64,000 nt of DNA. Origin: Carcharhinus longimanus (taxonomy: Eukaryota). Positions 50,886-62,520 of this stretch are shown here, in pieces. Below the pieces are notes generated by a model. It was not told the origin of the DNA. It did no database searches and saw nothing but the letters and a program-made list of their open reading frames with translations. A program made the position numbers and the translations under genes. The stretch's first letter is position 1; the number at the start of each line of letters is the position of its first letter. Location: contig JASCQW010000122.1 in assembly GCA_030264375.1 (NCBI GenBank), positions 31,407,783-31,471,782 of the forward strand, in the 5' to 3' direction.

Positions 50886-51574
50886 GTCGCCGTTTATGAA
50901 CTCAGAAATACGGAAAATAAACTTTATGATTGTTTTTGGTGTCCAAATGCTTAAGTGATTTAACTAATTGCGAATGTTTAAGCACTATGGTTTGTGACAG
51001 TTGATGCTTATGGTACTTGTACAGTTTGATAACCAAAATTATTGTTTGCACTTAAAACCAATGTCAAATATTCACTAAATGATTACTTTTGAGTGTAATT
51101 GATATCACATAATAGCTAAATCATTACTTTGAGTGCAATGGATGATAAATGATTGCTTTTGAGTGCCACCAATATCAATTGAGTTCACATGAATGTTGTT
51201 CAGTGCAAACGATATCAGACTTCTGAGATAGGGGCAGGTTTCCATTCTGGTTGTAATAGGTCCTTCTCCTTTCTTAGTTTATTCACTTGCTCTTTTTGTA
51301 TTTATAATTCATCCTCGGATTTTCTTTGGGTTTTTTTCCAAATATTTTTTCATGCCCTCTATTTGCTTTCAAAATATCCATGTAGCCTCACCCCTACAAA
51401 TAATATACTCCTCTAGACCCTCTGCAGTATTTAATTCTTGGCATCTGGCTAAGGTTTTAGGCTTGTGAATCTCAGGATTCCAAATGTATGGATAAATATG
51501 AGTGCTGATACTTGCTGAGGTTAAGTTTGCTAAGATTTTCGTGCTGAATTTTACTCACCAAGGCTCGAAACAAC

Positions 51575-51871
51575 TGCAACAAGACTTTCCTCCTTTTATT
51601 CAAATCCCCTTGCAGTAAATAACACTGTACAATTTGCCTTCCTTATTTGCATTTTAACTTTGTGACTTATGAACAAGACACTCATGTCCCTTTGAGCATC
51701 ACTTCCCATTCTTTCACCATTTAAAAAATACACTGCATTTCTGGTTATCCTCCTCAACTGGATAATTTCTTGTCCATTCCTGTCCATTCACTTAATCTAT
51801 CTAAATCCCCTTGAAAGTTTCTGACAACTCGCATTCTGGTTGTGTGTCATAAACAAATTTGGAAATATTAC
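51575..51871 (-). mobile_element. CR1 RT fragment, left flank of the LTR element
   Basis: YFLNGERM...QRDMSVL...IRKANCTVLFTARGFE. A degenerate KFADD lies at the junction with the LTR. Confidence 0.75.
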
Positions 51872-53117
51872 TGTTATGAAAGCTATACTTACCCTATTGT
51901 GCTTTGAAGTTGGAAACTTCAACTTCTAACAGATCTTGGACTTTTTAAGTATGCGCAAGCTGGGAACGGGATGCGCAGTTCTGCAATTCATAAGTTCTCT
52001 GTGCCCAGAAAAGGCTCAGCGTCTATGCGCTTACGGTAAGTGAAATAAAGATATGAGAATCTGGGTAAGGTGATGGGAAGTGGAGTGCCTTGAAAAATTT
52101 GGGTCCCAGGCAGGGCAGGAAGAGGAGACTGAGAAGTCCAAAAAAGGAGAAAGAGGACTGGGAGAAATCTCCCAAAAAAAGCCCCAAGTAGAAGACAGGT
52201 GAACAGAAGCAGCATCCAATTTAAGTTGAGGAAAAAGAGAGGGGCAAAGAAACAAGCTCCAAATAAGAAAAGGGCTGCTGGCCTTTGGTACAAGGGTACC
52301 ACTGTAGGGCAGTAGTGTACTGCATGGCGCAGCCAAAGATCTGAAGTTTGTGTAATTTGGTGTTTGAGTGCATACTTGGACATTCAGGTGAACAAAACTG
52401 CAGGTGACAAAACTGAAACCCTGAAAGATAGACTATTGTTAGTGATGTCCAAGTTTACTAATTGAAGAGGGCTCACAAATAATCTTAAATATCCGAGAAG
52501 ACAGATCAAGTTTGGTGACTACATGCTGTAAGTCATTGGAGGAGCAGTGTTCTGCCCACTGTGCCGAAGAGCTGAATTTTGTTTATAATTTGGTGCTTTG
52601 GTGAGTACTCAGAAACGTAAAGGAACAGAACCTCACGAGACAGGATTGAAACACTGCAAGGTGGGCTTTTGTTGAAGCTGTCTGAGTTGGAGTGACTGTT
52701 GGGGAGAATTCCAAGGTGAGATCTTCAAAGGTGAAGATTTTAACCCCTTGTGAAAGACACGGATTTTAGTGAGATCGATTGACCCAGTTTTACCAGTATT
52801 TGGATGAGTTGTTGAGAAACCTGTGGAATCTGTTTTAGTTGCATCTGTCATTTGTTGTGCAGTGTGGTGTGTTCAACCACAGTTTTCCTGTTGATTCATA
52901 CGTAACCCATATTAGCTTTGAATATTATATTGTAAATTGCTTTGTTGCTCTGACCTTGTATAGTAAAGCTAATTTTTATTTGCTCAAAACACTTGGAATC
53001 TTGTGACTCTTTTTGCTAAGCAATTGTATTGAATCTAAGAGTTTGTCTAAACAAAACTTCAGTGGTCCCAGGCCGAATCTTACCAAAGTCGTGGGGGTCT
53101 GGCCAAGGATCATAACA
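51872..53117 (+). repeat. 5' LTR
   Basis: Perfect 8-bp terminal inverted repeat TGTTATGA...TCATAACA, followed by a PBS-like sequence. Homologous to 56240-57334 and partly to 6386-7744. Confidence 0.88.
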
Positions 53118-54829
53118 TAAATTGGAGGAAGATCTCGTTGGATTCCAAATGCATGGATAAATATAAGTGCTGATATTTGCTGAGGTTAAGTTTGATAGGA
53201 TTTCCATGTTGAATTTTACTACACCAATTGAAAATCAGAATTGCTTTGTTAATTGCTGTAACTTCTCTGAAGAGGGAAGATTTATTTTTGAATTATTTCA
53301 AACAACTAACCTAGGCTAGGTTAATTGCATAAATGTTGAATTAGAGTTAAAAGCAGGAGCTATGAAAGCAGATGTAACTGAGGTAATAGTACGGCATCGA
53401 GCATTGGAACTCAGTTGCAGATAAAGCAACTTAAGATGGAAAAATAATGAAAGAGCTCGAACTGCAGAGAGAAAAGTCACTGAGGGAGGAAAGATGTAAG
53501 AAAAAAGATTGAAAACTCCCAAGAGAGAAAGAAATCAGATAGCTGAACTGGCTAGAGAAAAAATTAGGATTACTGGATGAAAGGGAGTGGAGTAGTTCAG
53601 GTGAGGAAATGAGTCCTATTCCGAGCTTTGATATTATAAAGAGCCTTTGCTTATTGNNNNNNNNNNGATATTTTATCTCATTTGAAAATGTTGCTGCAAA
53701 GCTAAAATAGCCAAAGGACACAAGGACTCTCATTTTCTAAAATGTTTTGGTTGATCAGGCTATGACCATGTATTCTTGCCTTTCAGAAGAAAGATTTTCC
53801 GATTATGAAGTAGTTAAACTGCTGTACTTAATGCTTACGAGTTGGTCTCTGCAGCATATCAATTGGAATTTTGATCTTCAAAGAAAAGATTGAGTGAGAC
53901 ATTTATAGTATTTTCCAGGGAGAAAGAAATGATGTGTTTTCAATCACAGAACTCAGAACAAACATTTGGAATTTAAGGGCGCAAACTCCGGAAGAATTTC
54001 AAAATAGTACTATGGGTCATACCTGGAATACCATAAGTTTTCTAGGATAGGAGAGGCAGTAGTTTTGGCTGATGGATATGATAAATCATAGAGGCAACTC
54101 GTGGGCAGTAGATCTCCAGTTTTAAATCTTTGGGGAAACTGGGGCAATAGAAAACAGTCTAACTTTATGCAGAAGGCAGAAGCTTTTTCCAGTCAATAAA
54201 AATGATGATGTCGAGAATAAAAAGGATGCAAAGAAACTGGTATTTTTTTTGTCATAAGGTAGGGCAGCTCAAAGCCAGTTGTTGGAAATCTAATGATAAA
54301 CTGGTCACATTCCTATAAATGTTTAAAGAGGCTTATAAAAAAAAGGTGATAAACTCATAGCAATAGTACAAGTGAAATGCATTCCCTCAGACCTAGAAAG
54401 GAGGATATGACTCAGGGTAATCCAGATAATTCTCCCTTGAAGTGAATCATGCCAATGCAGGTTTTAGAAGTTTTATCTCAAAGGGAGAAATGTTTGCTCA
54501 TGCTTGTGTCAAATAAAGTAAACAAATCAATATTTTGAGAAACATTCGGGCAGATAAGTCACTGATGGTGGTTGATGATGCAATTTGTATTCCAGATAGT
54601 TTGATGAAGTGAACTTGTTCCCTTGTATAAAGTCAGTTTACAGTTTGACTGAGTAAATGGAATTGTTACTGTGGAAATTGTTCCCAGTTTATCTATTGAA
54701 GGGGTAAATTTTTTTCTGGACACTGATTTGGCTATCATAGATAGTTATCACCATGTTACTGTGATGCAGCCAGTGTTCGATTCTGCTAATCTTGTCAAAC
54801 TCCTAAAACTTATTGTGGCCACACATGAG

Positions 54830-55550
54830 AAGCATATTGCCAATAATGAGCAATTGAAGGAAAATCTGATTAGTGTTGAGGACCAACTTTCACACACAAG
54901 AAATGAATTTGCTAATGAAAAACAAGATCTAATGAGAGCATTTGAGTGTTGGTGGTAGGAAGTAGAACACTTGAATGAGAACTTGAAATGTCTGAATGAT
55001 AAACTTGTAGAAGCAAATTCAACAAAGGTAGATGTTAAGGTAAAACTTGTTGAACTTCAAGCATCAGAAGTCCCTAAGTATCAGCAGAAATGCTTTGACC
55101 AGGAGAAGATGTTGGTGATGAATCAGAACAGTTTGTTGAAAGCAGAATTAAAAATCAAGACTGATGAACTGTTGGAACTGCATTTTGAAAAGGGCAGTTG
55201 ATCACTGATACGATCTGGAGAACATGGAAGATGAAACATTGATATGTGAGAGCAGATCCAGACATTAAAAGCACATGAGGAAAATTAAAAGAGAAAGATT
55301 GAGGAGCTCATGAGTGAATTGAAAAGTGGTCAGTAACCATATTTTAAAAGTACCCGAATGTCCATGCAAAGTTGTTAAACTTGTATAAAGGTTTTGCAGC
55401 TAACTGAAAAACTTAAAAACGAATTGGAAAATAAGAGAAGAAACAAGTATATAAATGAAATTATAAAAAAAAGTGGAAATGATAATTCAAATTTGGCAAC
55501 ATCAATAGGAAGCGTATGAATATGTTCTGAAGGCTCTGGCACAAATTGTG
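54830..55550 (+). pseudogene. TPR: Processed, captured fragment of nucleoprotein TPR (N-terminal coiled coil) inside the LTR element
   Basis: Translation EKQDLMRAFECWW*EVEHLNENLKCLNDKLVEANSTKVDVKVKLVELQASEVPKYQQKCFDQEKMLVMNQNSLLKAELKIKTDELLELHFEKGS parallels human TPR [95 protein letters not shown]. Later blocks also match: NVHAKLLNLYK (TPR NAHIKLSNLYK) and LENKRRNKYINEII (TPR LENKRINKYLDEIV). No introns; stops and frameshifts present. Confidence 0.88.
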
Positions 55551-56239
55551 AATAAAGTAAAATTGACTTGAGTACAGATAGCAAAACTCCCTTCATGCAA
55601 ACATATTAATCAGTTGTTGATCAAAATAATGAAAAGAGAAAGTCTGTTACGACGGCAGTATTGAGGAAGATAATTTTGAAGCTCATTGTCAGCAGACACA
55701 CCCAGTTCCCTTGGCAAACTTAAAGACCTTTTGGAGGCATGTTTCCATTAACAGAAAGAACAAAGAAAACCCCCTCATATTCTTCTGTATTAAAGTTGCA
55801 ATACCTATGCAGAAGTCACTTGTTGCATATAGTGTGACAAATATGCATCCATATGTGAAGAGGGGAAGGCAGCTAGAGTATTGGTTTGCAGTCACACCAG
55901 CAAAATTGAAATTCAGAGTTCAAAGCAGAGTTCAAGCTGGCTAAGATGTTTCTAAAGAAAATTTTAATTTATCTTCAATACCTTTGGTTGATCTTGAAGA
56001 GATTGTAGCCAAAAATCATGTAATTATTGGTATTATATTTAAAGTTTAAAGAAAGGGTGCAGGACAAAAGGCAGATTCTGAGTAAGATAGTTATTTGATG
56101 TTTAAATCCTCCTATTCCTACTTATTACATGTATTGACCTTTGCTTTGGTTAAACTTTCATAACTATAATACAGCAAGTATAATTGTAGAACAAAATGAA
56201 AAATTTATCTGTACTGAAGCATTCTTTCTTCCAAGGGAA

Positions 56240-57334
56240 TGTAAGCTCTACTTACTCTGATGAATTCAGAGGTTGGGAACTCCTAACAGACCTTGGACTT
56301 TGTGTATTTGTGTGCCGGGAGTGGGCTATGCATGCACAGTGCTACAATTTATAAGTACTTTGGGCTCAGGACAGGCCAGCACAATTGAATATAAAGAGAG
56401 GGGGAATTTGTGTCTCAGGCAAGGGTCTGAGGAGATCCCCAAGAGAAGTGAAAGGATGGGGAGACGTCCCAAAACAAAGTCACGGATAAGGGATAGAGAC
56501 AAGGGGAAGAAACAGGCCCCAGTTAAGTTAAGGAAAAGGAGAGGAACAGAAAAATGAGTTCTGAACAGGAAAGCACTGTGGGTCAGTAGGGTTAGAGTAT
56601 CCCTTTGGAGCAATAACATTCTGCTTGGTGTGACAAAAGATCAGATGCTGAGTCTGTAATTTGCTGTTTGAATGCATTCTTGGGAATCCAAGGGAACAGA
56701 ATCTCAAGAGGTGCAATTGAAACTCTGTTAGGTTGGCTGTTGGTGATGCCATCTGTGTCTGGCAATTGAAGCGGGTTCAAGAGAATCCCTGAAGAACCAA
56801 GAAGGCAACTGAAGACTAGTGACACCGTGATATGAGCCACTGGGGCAAAGTTACCCCTTTGGAATATTTGTGTTCTGCTTGGTGTGGCTGAAGAGATGAA
56901 ATTGTGCTTGTGAGTTGGTGCTTGAAGGAGTACTCTGGGATCCAGAGGAACAGAATCTTGTGAGACAAGATTGAAAATGATCCACCTTGCAGGATTTCAA
57001 AGTCATCTAAGTTGGAGCGACTGTCGGAGAGAATTCCAAGGAAGATCTTCAAAGGTGAAGACTGGAATTCCTTGTGAGGCAGAGAGTTTCAGTGATATTG
57101 GCTGCTACTGATGTCTGAGTGGAACTGTTGAGTAATTCGTGGAATTTGTTTTAGTCGCATCTGTCATCTATTGTGCACTGTATGTTCACACATATTTGGC
57201 TTGTTAATTCATATGTACCTTATATTTGCCTTATCATAGATCTGGGGGGGGTGGGTGTGCGGTGGTGTGGTGGCAATGGAACCTGGTGGAGGGATGGGGG
57301 TGGTCGGTGGTGGCGGTTGGGAAAGGATCATAAA
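56240..57334 (+). repeat. 3' LTR (diverged, with a G-rich replacement at ~57240-57320)
   Basis: Begins tgtaagctctacttac...ctaacagaccttggactt (5' LTR: aagctatacttac...ctaacagatcttggactt). Shares gagaattccaagg..gatcttcaaaggtgaaga and gtggaat.tgttttagt.gcatctgtcat. Ends aaggatcataaa, like the 5' LTR end aaggatcataaca. Confidence 0.8.
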
Positions 57335-57339
57335 TTTCA

Positions 57340-57655
57340 GATGGTTCCCACATCCAGATTATCGCAGGCCCAGGCCCTGCTCCTTGCCATACCTCACTAT
57401 TCTCAGCCCGCTAGTCTGTGTTTCTGCTCTTTAGCTAATCAATGCCATTATATTATTCCTAATCTCACATGGTCTAAATTTATTAACTAACCTCTTGTGT
57501 GTGACTTTATCCAATGCCCTCTGAAAATCCAAACACACCACATCAGCTGGTTCTCTCTCATATATTCTGTTGGTTATATCCTCAGAAGGCTCTAACAGGG
57601 TTGTCAAAAATTTGTCTTCCTTTCAGAAATTAATGTTCACTCTGCCCAATTCCAC
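57340..57655 (-). mobile_element. CR1 RT fragment, right flank of the LTR element
   Basis: Degenerate VPQGSVLGP (~57365-57395) and VCLDFQRALDKVTHKRL (~57490-57540), collinear with 51575-51871. Confidence 0.7.
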
Positions 57656-58899
57656 CCCCCATACTATACTATTGATCTCAGCTTTTTTACATGCAAACTG
57701 TTAGTTCATGTCTCACCTTCCGGGGAATTGGGCGCAGTTCCCCAGGAATCGTGAACCGTGCATTCACCTGCGTTATCATTTTCTGTAATCTCTCTTTGGT
57801 GTTACAGCCTGTCAGTGATATCCTTGACCCTGGACTAGGAAGGTTGTACCATCCTGGGATCACAGCTATACTCACACAAATGCCAATCTATTCCCCTATG
57901 TGTTAAATCCCTTATCACTGTTGTGTCCTGATGATACTTTCTGCACGTAATTATCTTGAGCACACCAAATGTCCTGTAGTTCTCACATGACAAGCTTACC
58001 AGCAGTAAGATTAAAAACTTCTCCCTGATTAGGACAAAAAAAAAGCTTGTTGTCTCAAGAAAAGGTCTCAAGGCCTGAATGGTTAAATGATACCTGTTTA
58101 TTTACTACATATATATGGGGAGCATTCAATTAATGTGATGGTTGTGTTTCTGAAAATTACCACTTTCAGTGAAACCCCTTTATGTGAAGCATGGTTTCCC
58201 ATGGGAATCAATGTTAAAGTCAGACTTAGGTTCCTGAGGACAAATTTTGCCTGAAAAATCAATATACAAAATTGAAACTCTGTATAATACATGTGCAATG
58301 CTGTGCATTCCTATCTGAAATAAATTGCAAAATAGAAGAGAAATCACTGAATATGACAGACATACTGTATTAATATAAGTTAGACAACTAGTGTCTCGTA
58401 AGCAGTCACCCCGGCTGGGGGTGAATTGCTTTTGCTCCAGTTATGGGTTCTGGAATTGCTGATACAATAAGTGCAATGAATAATCTGCAGACTCTACCAC
58501 ATGTGGGCAAGTGTTTTATTTTGTTTGTACATTCCCAACTGAACTCCCATTCTGGTTAGTCACCATAAGTTGCTGGTGATGTTTGACATACTCAGAAATG
58601 CTTGAGGGCATGCCTAAAGCATTTCAGCAGAGGTGACTTTGAATGATTTAGAGCATCAGAGTTGCGATTTAGAGCCTTAATGTTGGCCATTTTGGCTCAG
58701 GGGAAGACCTTGCTGTTGCACCACCTTTCTTGCCACTGGATTTTGAGGATCTTTTGAAAACATTGCTTCTTTTGAATTGAAAGTTGTGTACAACAACCAG
58801 ATCTTGGTGGAGTTAATGGCATAAAGGGCCAGGATCCCCAACACACTAGAAAAATGTATCCAAGGTCTGTTAGACAGCTTACTTTTACTTTTTCTGGTA

Positions 58900-60410
58900 G
58901 ACCTTTAAACAGCTCATGGAATCATTGAATGCTCTGTTCTCTCCGGCACTGTGTTCTTTGTTCAGGCCGTTCTCTGTTAAAATTTTCATCCCTTTGTCCA
59001 TGAGTTAGAAAAATCTTGACAGTTGTTCCTTTGATAAAACTCAAATGGGTGGTGTTTCAGCACTGTCATCCTCTTCAGCTTGTTGACTTTAGCTGCATTA
59101 AGTCCTCAATAGACAATTATACTGCATAGGATGCAAGCAATTTCAGCATATCAGCCTCATTCACTTCATCAAAGCTAGCCTCCTTTACCAAAGTCATGAT
59201 TTCATGTGAAACCTCAGGAAGAATGTCATGAGATTCTTGGCCACCAGCACACTCAGACCACAGTCTCCGTTACATACCATTCAGATACAATGATGTGACT
59301 TCCTCCCAAGAATCAGCAAGGTCGTAGCCATGCCAAAATTCCCTGGCTGATGATGTGTTCTCACCATCAGTTTCCTTGATGAGTTGAGAGAAGGTACAGT
59401 GGAGACAGTAGACCTTGAATGTTGCTATTGCTCCCTGATCTATGGACAGGTATCATTGCAGACCTGTTGGGTAGCAGGAAAATCACCTTCACGTTTTCAG
59501 AGATTTCATCGAGGCTGATGAGATGATCTAGGTAATTATCCAATAGGAGCAAAATCTGAAGGCAAGATTTTCTCTCACACAATATGCCCTCTAGGTAGGG
59601 ATGGCAAATGGAGAGAACCATTCCTGAAAGAATGCCTCCATCATCCAGGCTTTCTTATTCGTGTGCCAGATGGCGCACAGATGCTTCTCAAAGTAACCTC
59701 TAAATGTCTCACACTGACATACTAACTTAACTTAAAATCTCTTTCAGTGCTCCCAGCAAGGAGAACAGTTAGTCAGTTTTTGGCAGCTTTGAATCCTGGT
59801 GCTGCCTTCTCTTGCAAAATGTGTGTTTGCTGATGTATCATTTCCAGAAAGGTTCTGTTTCATTAACATTGAAAATCTCTTTTGCTGAGTAGCCACCTCC
59901 TTCAGTGACTCTCTTCACATAGCAGGGATATCAACAGCTGTTTATGTATCAGCAGTAGCTGCCTTGCTAGACTCTCTAATGATGTGTAGACAGGCATGCT
60001 TCTTGAAATGGTTGAACCATCCTTTTTGGCTGTGAACTCCTAACTGCTCATTCTGTAAGGCTTTGTACAGGCTTTTGGCTTTTTCTTGGATCCCAAAAAC
60101 TGAGGCACCTGTCACTGATTTTGGCCTTAATCCAAACAGCCAAGAGTCTTTCCATGCTTGTCATAATGCTGCTTCTAGACTGACTCAGCCTGCCAGCACT
60201 TAAAGGTGTAAGACTTTGTCAGTGTTACCATAAATTGTTCCCATTATTGTATGTGATAGCCAAGCTCACTCGCAACATTAGCTGTGCATTCTCCTGCCTC
60301 AAGCCATTTTCAAACATCTAATTTCAAGCTAGGGTGAGGTTTTTCCTTATTTCTTGCAGCAGCAGGCTTACTGCTACCTGTTGCAGGGCAGCTCTGGCTA
60401 ATGGTCAGGT
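58900..60410 (-). mobile_element. Decayed Tigger/pogo (TIGD1-like) DNA transposon
   Basis: Minus-strand remnants GWFNHFKKH (~60000-60025), FNVNETEPFWK (~59845-59875), WHTNKKAWMM, ILLLLDN..DH, NVKVIFLLPN, DQGAIATFKVY (DDE_1 domain). Many frameshifts. Confidence 0.85.
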
Positions 60411-61079
60411 GGGATCACAAGTCTCAAATACTGTACAGTAAGTGAGTTTAAGATTGGTGCCTTGCCTTACAGGTTTCTTTATTGCAGAAACCGTTTTGAA
60501 ACACCAAGTTTACACCAGGTTCCTCCAAAGTGCTGTACAGTACAATGCATATACTGTACTAGCCGCAAAGGAACTTGGAAAACAAAGTTTATGGTGCAGT
60601 GTCTGTACTGTAAGATACAGTCCAGTGGAGAATTCTTCCAAAACTATGAGGGTACATTAAAAAGTTTAAAATTAAAATTTAGTTCAGTGCAGTGGGTTAC
60701 CTGAAAATACAGCAAAATAATGCTCCTCAAATGAAGAGAAAGGATAAAATTGCAACGATCGCAAGCTAGGCTCCACACACATTTTCTGGAGCTGGCTGTG
60801 CAAGCACCCCAATGTGATGGTGTCATCACGTTGAGGTGTGAGGATGTAATCACCCCGTTCATAACTATTAAAACAGGGATTACTCCACTTTAAGTGGAAC
60901 CTTGGCACAAAAAAAAGCACTTTAAAGCAAAACCACTTTAAAAAGGGTCACAATAGTAATATTACTCCAGTCCCACATTTACTTTTAAAGTCCCAAACAT
61001 CCTGGTACTACACTACACCCTCAAGTCTTTACCCAAATTTGTTTACAACAATATTAGCATGCAACCTCTACCAAGCCCC

Positions 61080-62520
61080 ACCCCCAAGTCCCTGACTTGA
61101 AGTAATCACTCTGGAGGCTTTACAAGTTCCAGATCTTTTTTTTTTCAAGATTTGAGTAGTTACAACCTCTTTGGACTGACTTTGTTCGACTGGAGTTGAA
61201 ATAGTAATACTTGGTGTTGCAGTTATTTGGGTTTGACATCTAGTTCACTCAAATGTATGGTAAGAGATTTACCATAAGGCATGAGGAGATGACTTCTGAG
61301 GTATCTATGAAGTAAGACTGTCATTGATTTTCATCCATCAGGACAATGACATGTTCTCTGTCAAGATCCCTGTTTCGAACCTAGCCACCACTGTTCAGCC
61401 TAGAAAGTTTTCTAGTACAGTACCTTTTATTGCAAATGGAAGCTTGTCACCGTTGATGGGACTGTTCCTGGTCCTGAATTTAATGCCTGTCTGCCAATCC
61501 TGGGATTAGTTTCTTCAGTAGCATGGGAAGTTGAATACAAATTTTTCTGTCCATCAGCGGCTTCAGTGGGGCTAATCTGCATTGTAGTGGGGTATATCAA
61601 AAGTTGTCACTTTTCTTCAAGAGCATTTTAACAATGTGGATGCCCTTTTCTATCTTACTGTATCATTGCAGAGTCCTTTGGGAGCTTGAGAGGTGTTGAA
61701 ATCTGTAATTCCTGGCAAAACAAATATTTAAGTATTCACTAGCGAATTGCAACTTTGCAATGATCCTTCTTTCTCTTTCTGCTCTTATCAGAGTTTGTTG
61801 GGCTTCCGTCACAATTACAGAGCCATTTTAAGCTTACACATTTTTGTAGAGCATCTTTTGAACAAATTGTTTTAGTTTCCTAAGCTTTGGGATTCGAATT
61901 GAAGCCAATCTTTTGCTGTGACTTCTCTTTTTTTCTGTTAGCACGTAATCGCCATGTGTTATAACACCAACTCTGGATCCAGGTTGCAGAGTTCTTCAAG
62001 CCACCCTCATTGAAACAATTGATCTGCTAATTATTGCACTGAATTTAAAAGCTTAATTCAGCCTTACTTATGGTCTGGCTAGATCCTTTGACTGTGCTTT
62101 TGTTGAGTCTTGCAACACTCTTCCATGTGCTCTGGTGGAGTCCTCTTACACTGCACGGTCGACCTTTCTTCTGCCTTCAGCCTCCATGCCTATAATGGTG
62201 CTTCTTAGCTGATCTCTAGGTCTTCAAGTTGGGTGCTCATATCACAAGTCAGTCTGCAGTTTTTTTTATTACTTCATTTTTGAGAATTTTGGCATCTTTC
62301 ACCAGCTGCCACCATGTTGAAAGCTTGTATATTGTCTCATGAAGAAATCTAAAGGCTTGTATGGTTGAGCAGTAGCTGTTTATTGATAACACATAGCTGC
62401 ATACATATGTAATAGAATCCAGGCTGATTGAATGCTATTCTAATGCAGTCTCACTACTATACTACTCCCATGTGACTCTCTACATCATAATATGTGTAGT
62501 ACTATTTCCAAGTGCCACAT
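61080..62520 (-). mobile_element. Degenerate, internally deleted Gypsy element
   Basis: Minus strand has an LTR end ...ttcaaca followed by PBS tggtggcagc (62315/62314), an integrase C-terminal remnant like YxxTPLQC.LAP.E.LMDRKI..QLP (~61525-61600), and a purine tract near 61080. Confidence 0.6.

Larger units (their letters stand above)
51872..57334 (+). mobile_element. Degenerate non-autonomous Gypsy LTR retrotransposon (SCAN-gag, Gmr1-like) carrying a captured TPR fragment
   Basis: Two related LTRs. Degenerate tRNA-Pro-like PBS at ~53121-53146. Gag remnants (FISFENVAAKLK.PKDT, DYEVVK..VLNAYELV), CCHC knuckle remnant (FCHKVGQLKASCWK ~54245), protease remnants (ILRxxGAxxSLM ~54532; IVPSLSIEGVNFFLDTDLA), and a purine tract before the 3' LTR. 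The element splits one CR1 RT fragment that is collinear on both sides. Confidence 0.88.

Noticed and set aside
51077-51166. CRISPR-like array
   Set aside because: Eukaryotic context, only three degenerate units, irregular short spacers and no cas genes.
54671-55550. The genuine TPR locus
   Set aside because: Intronless, partial, with stops and frameshifts, and enclosed by LTRs.
58900-60410. Domesticated TIGD gene
   Set aside because: Numerous stops and frameshifts; no long ORF.
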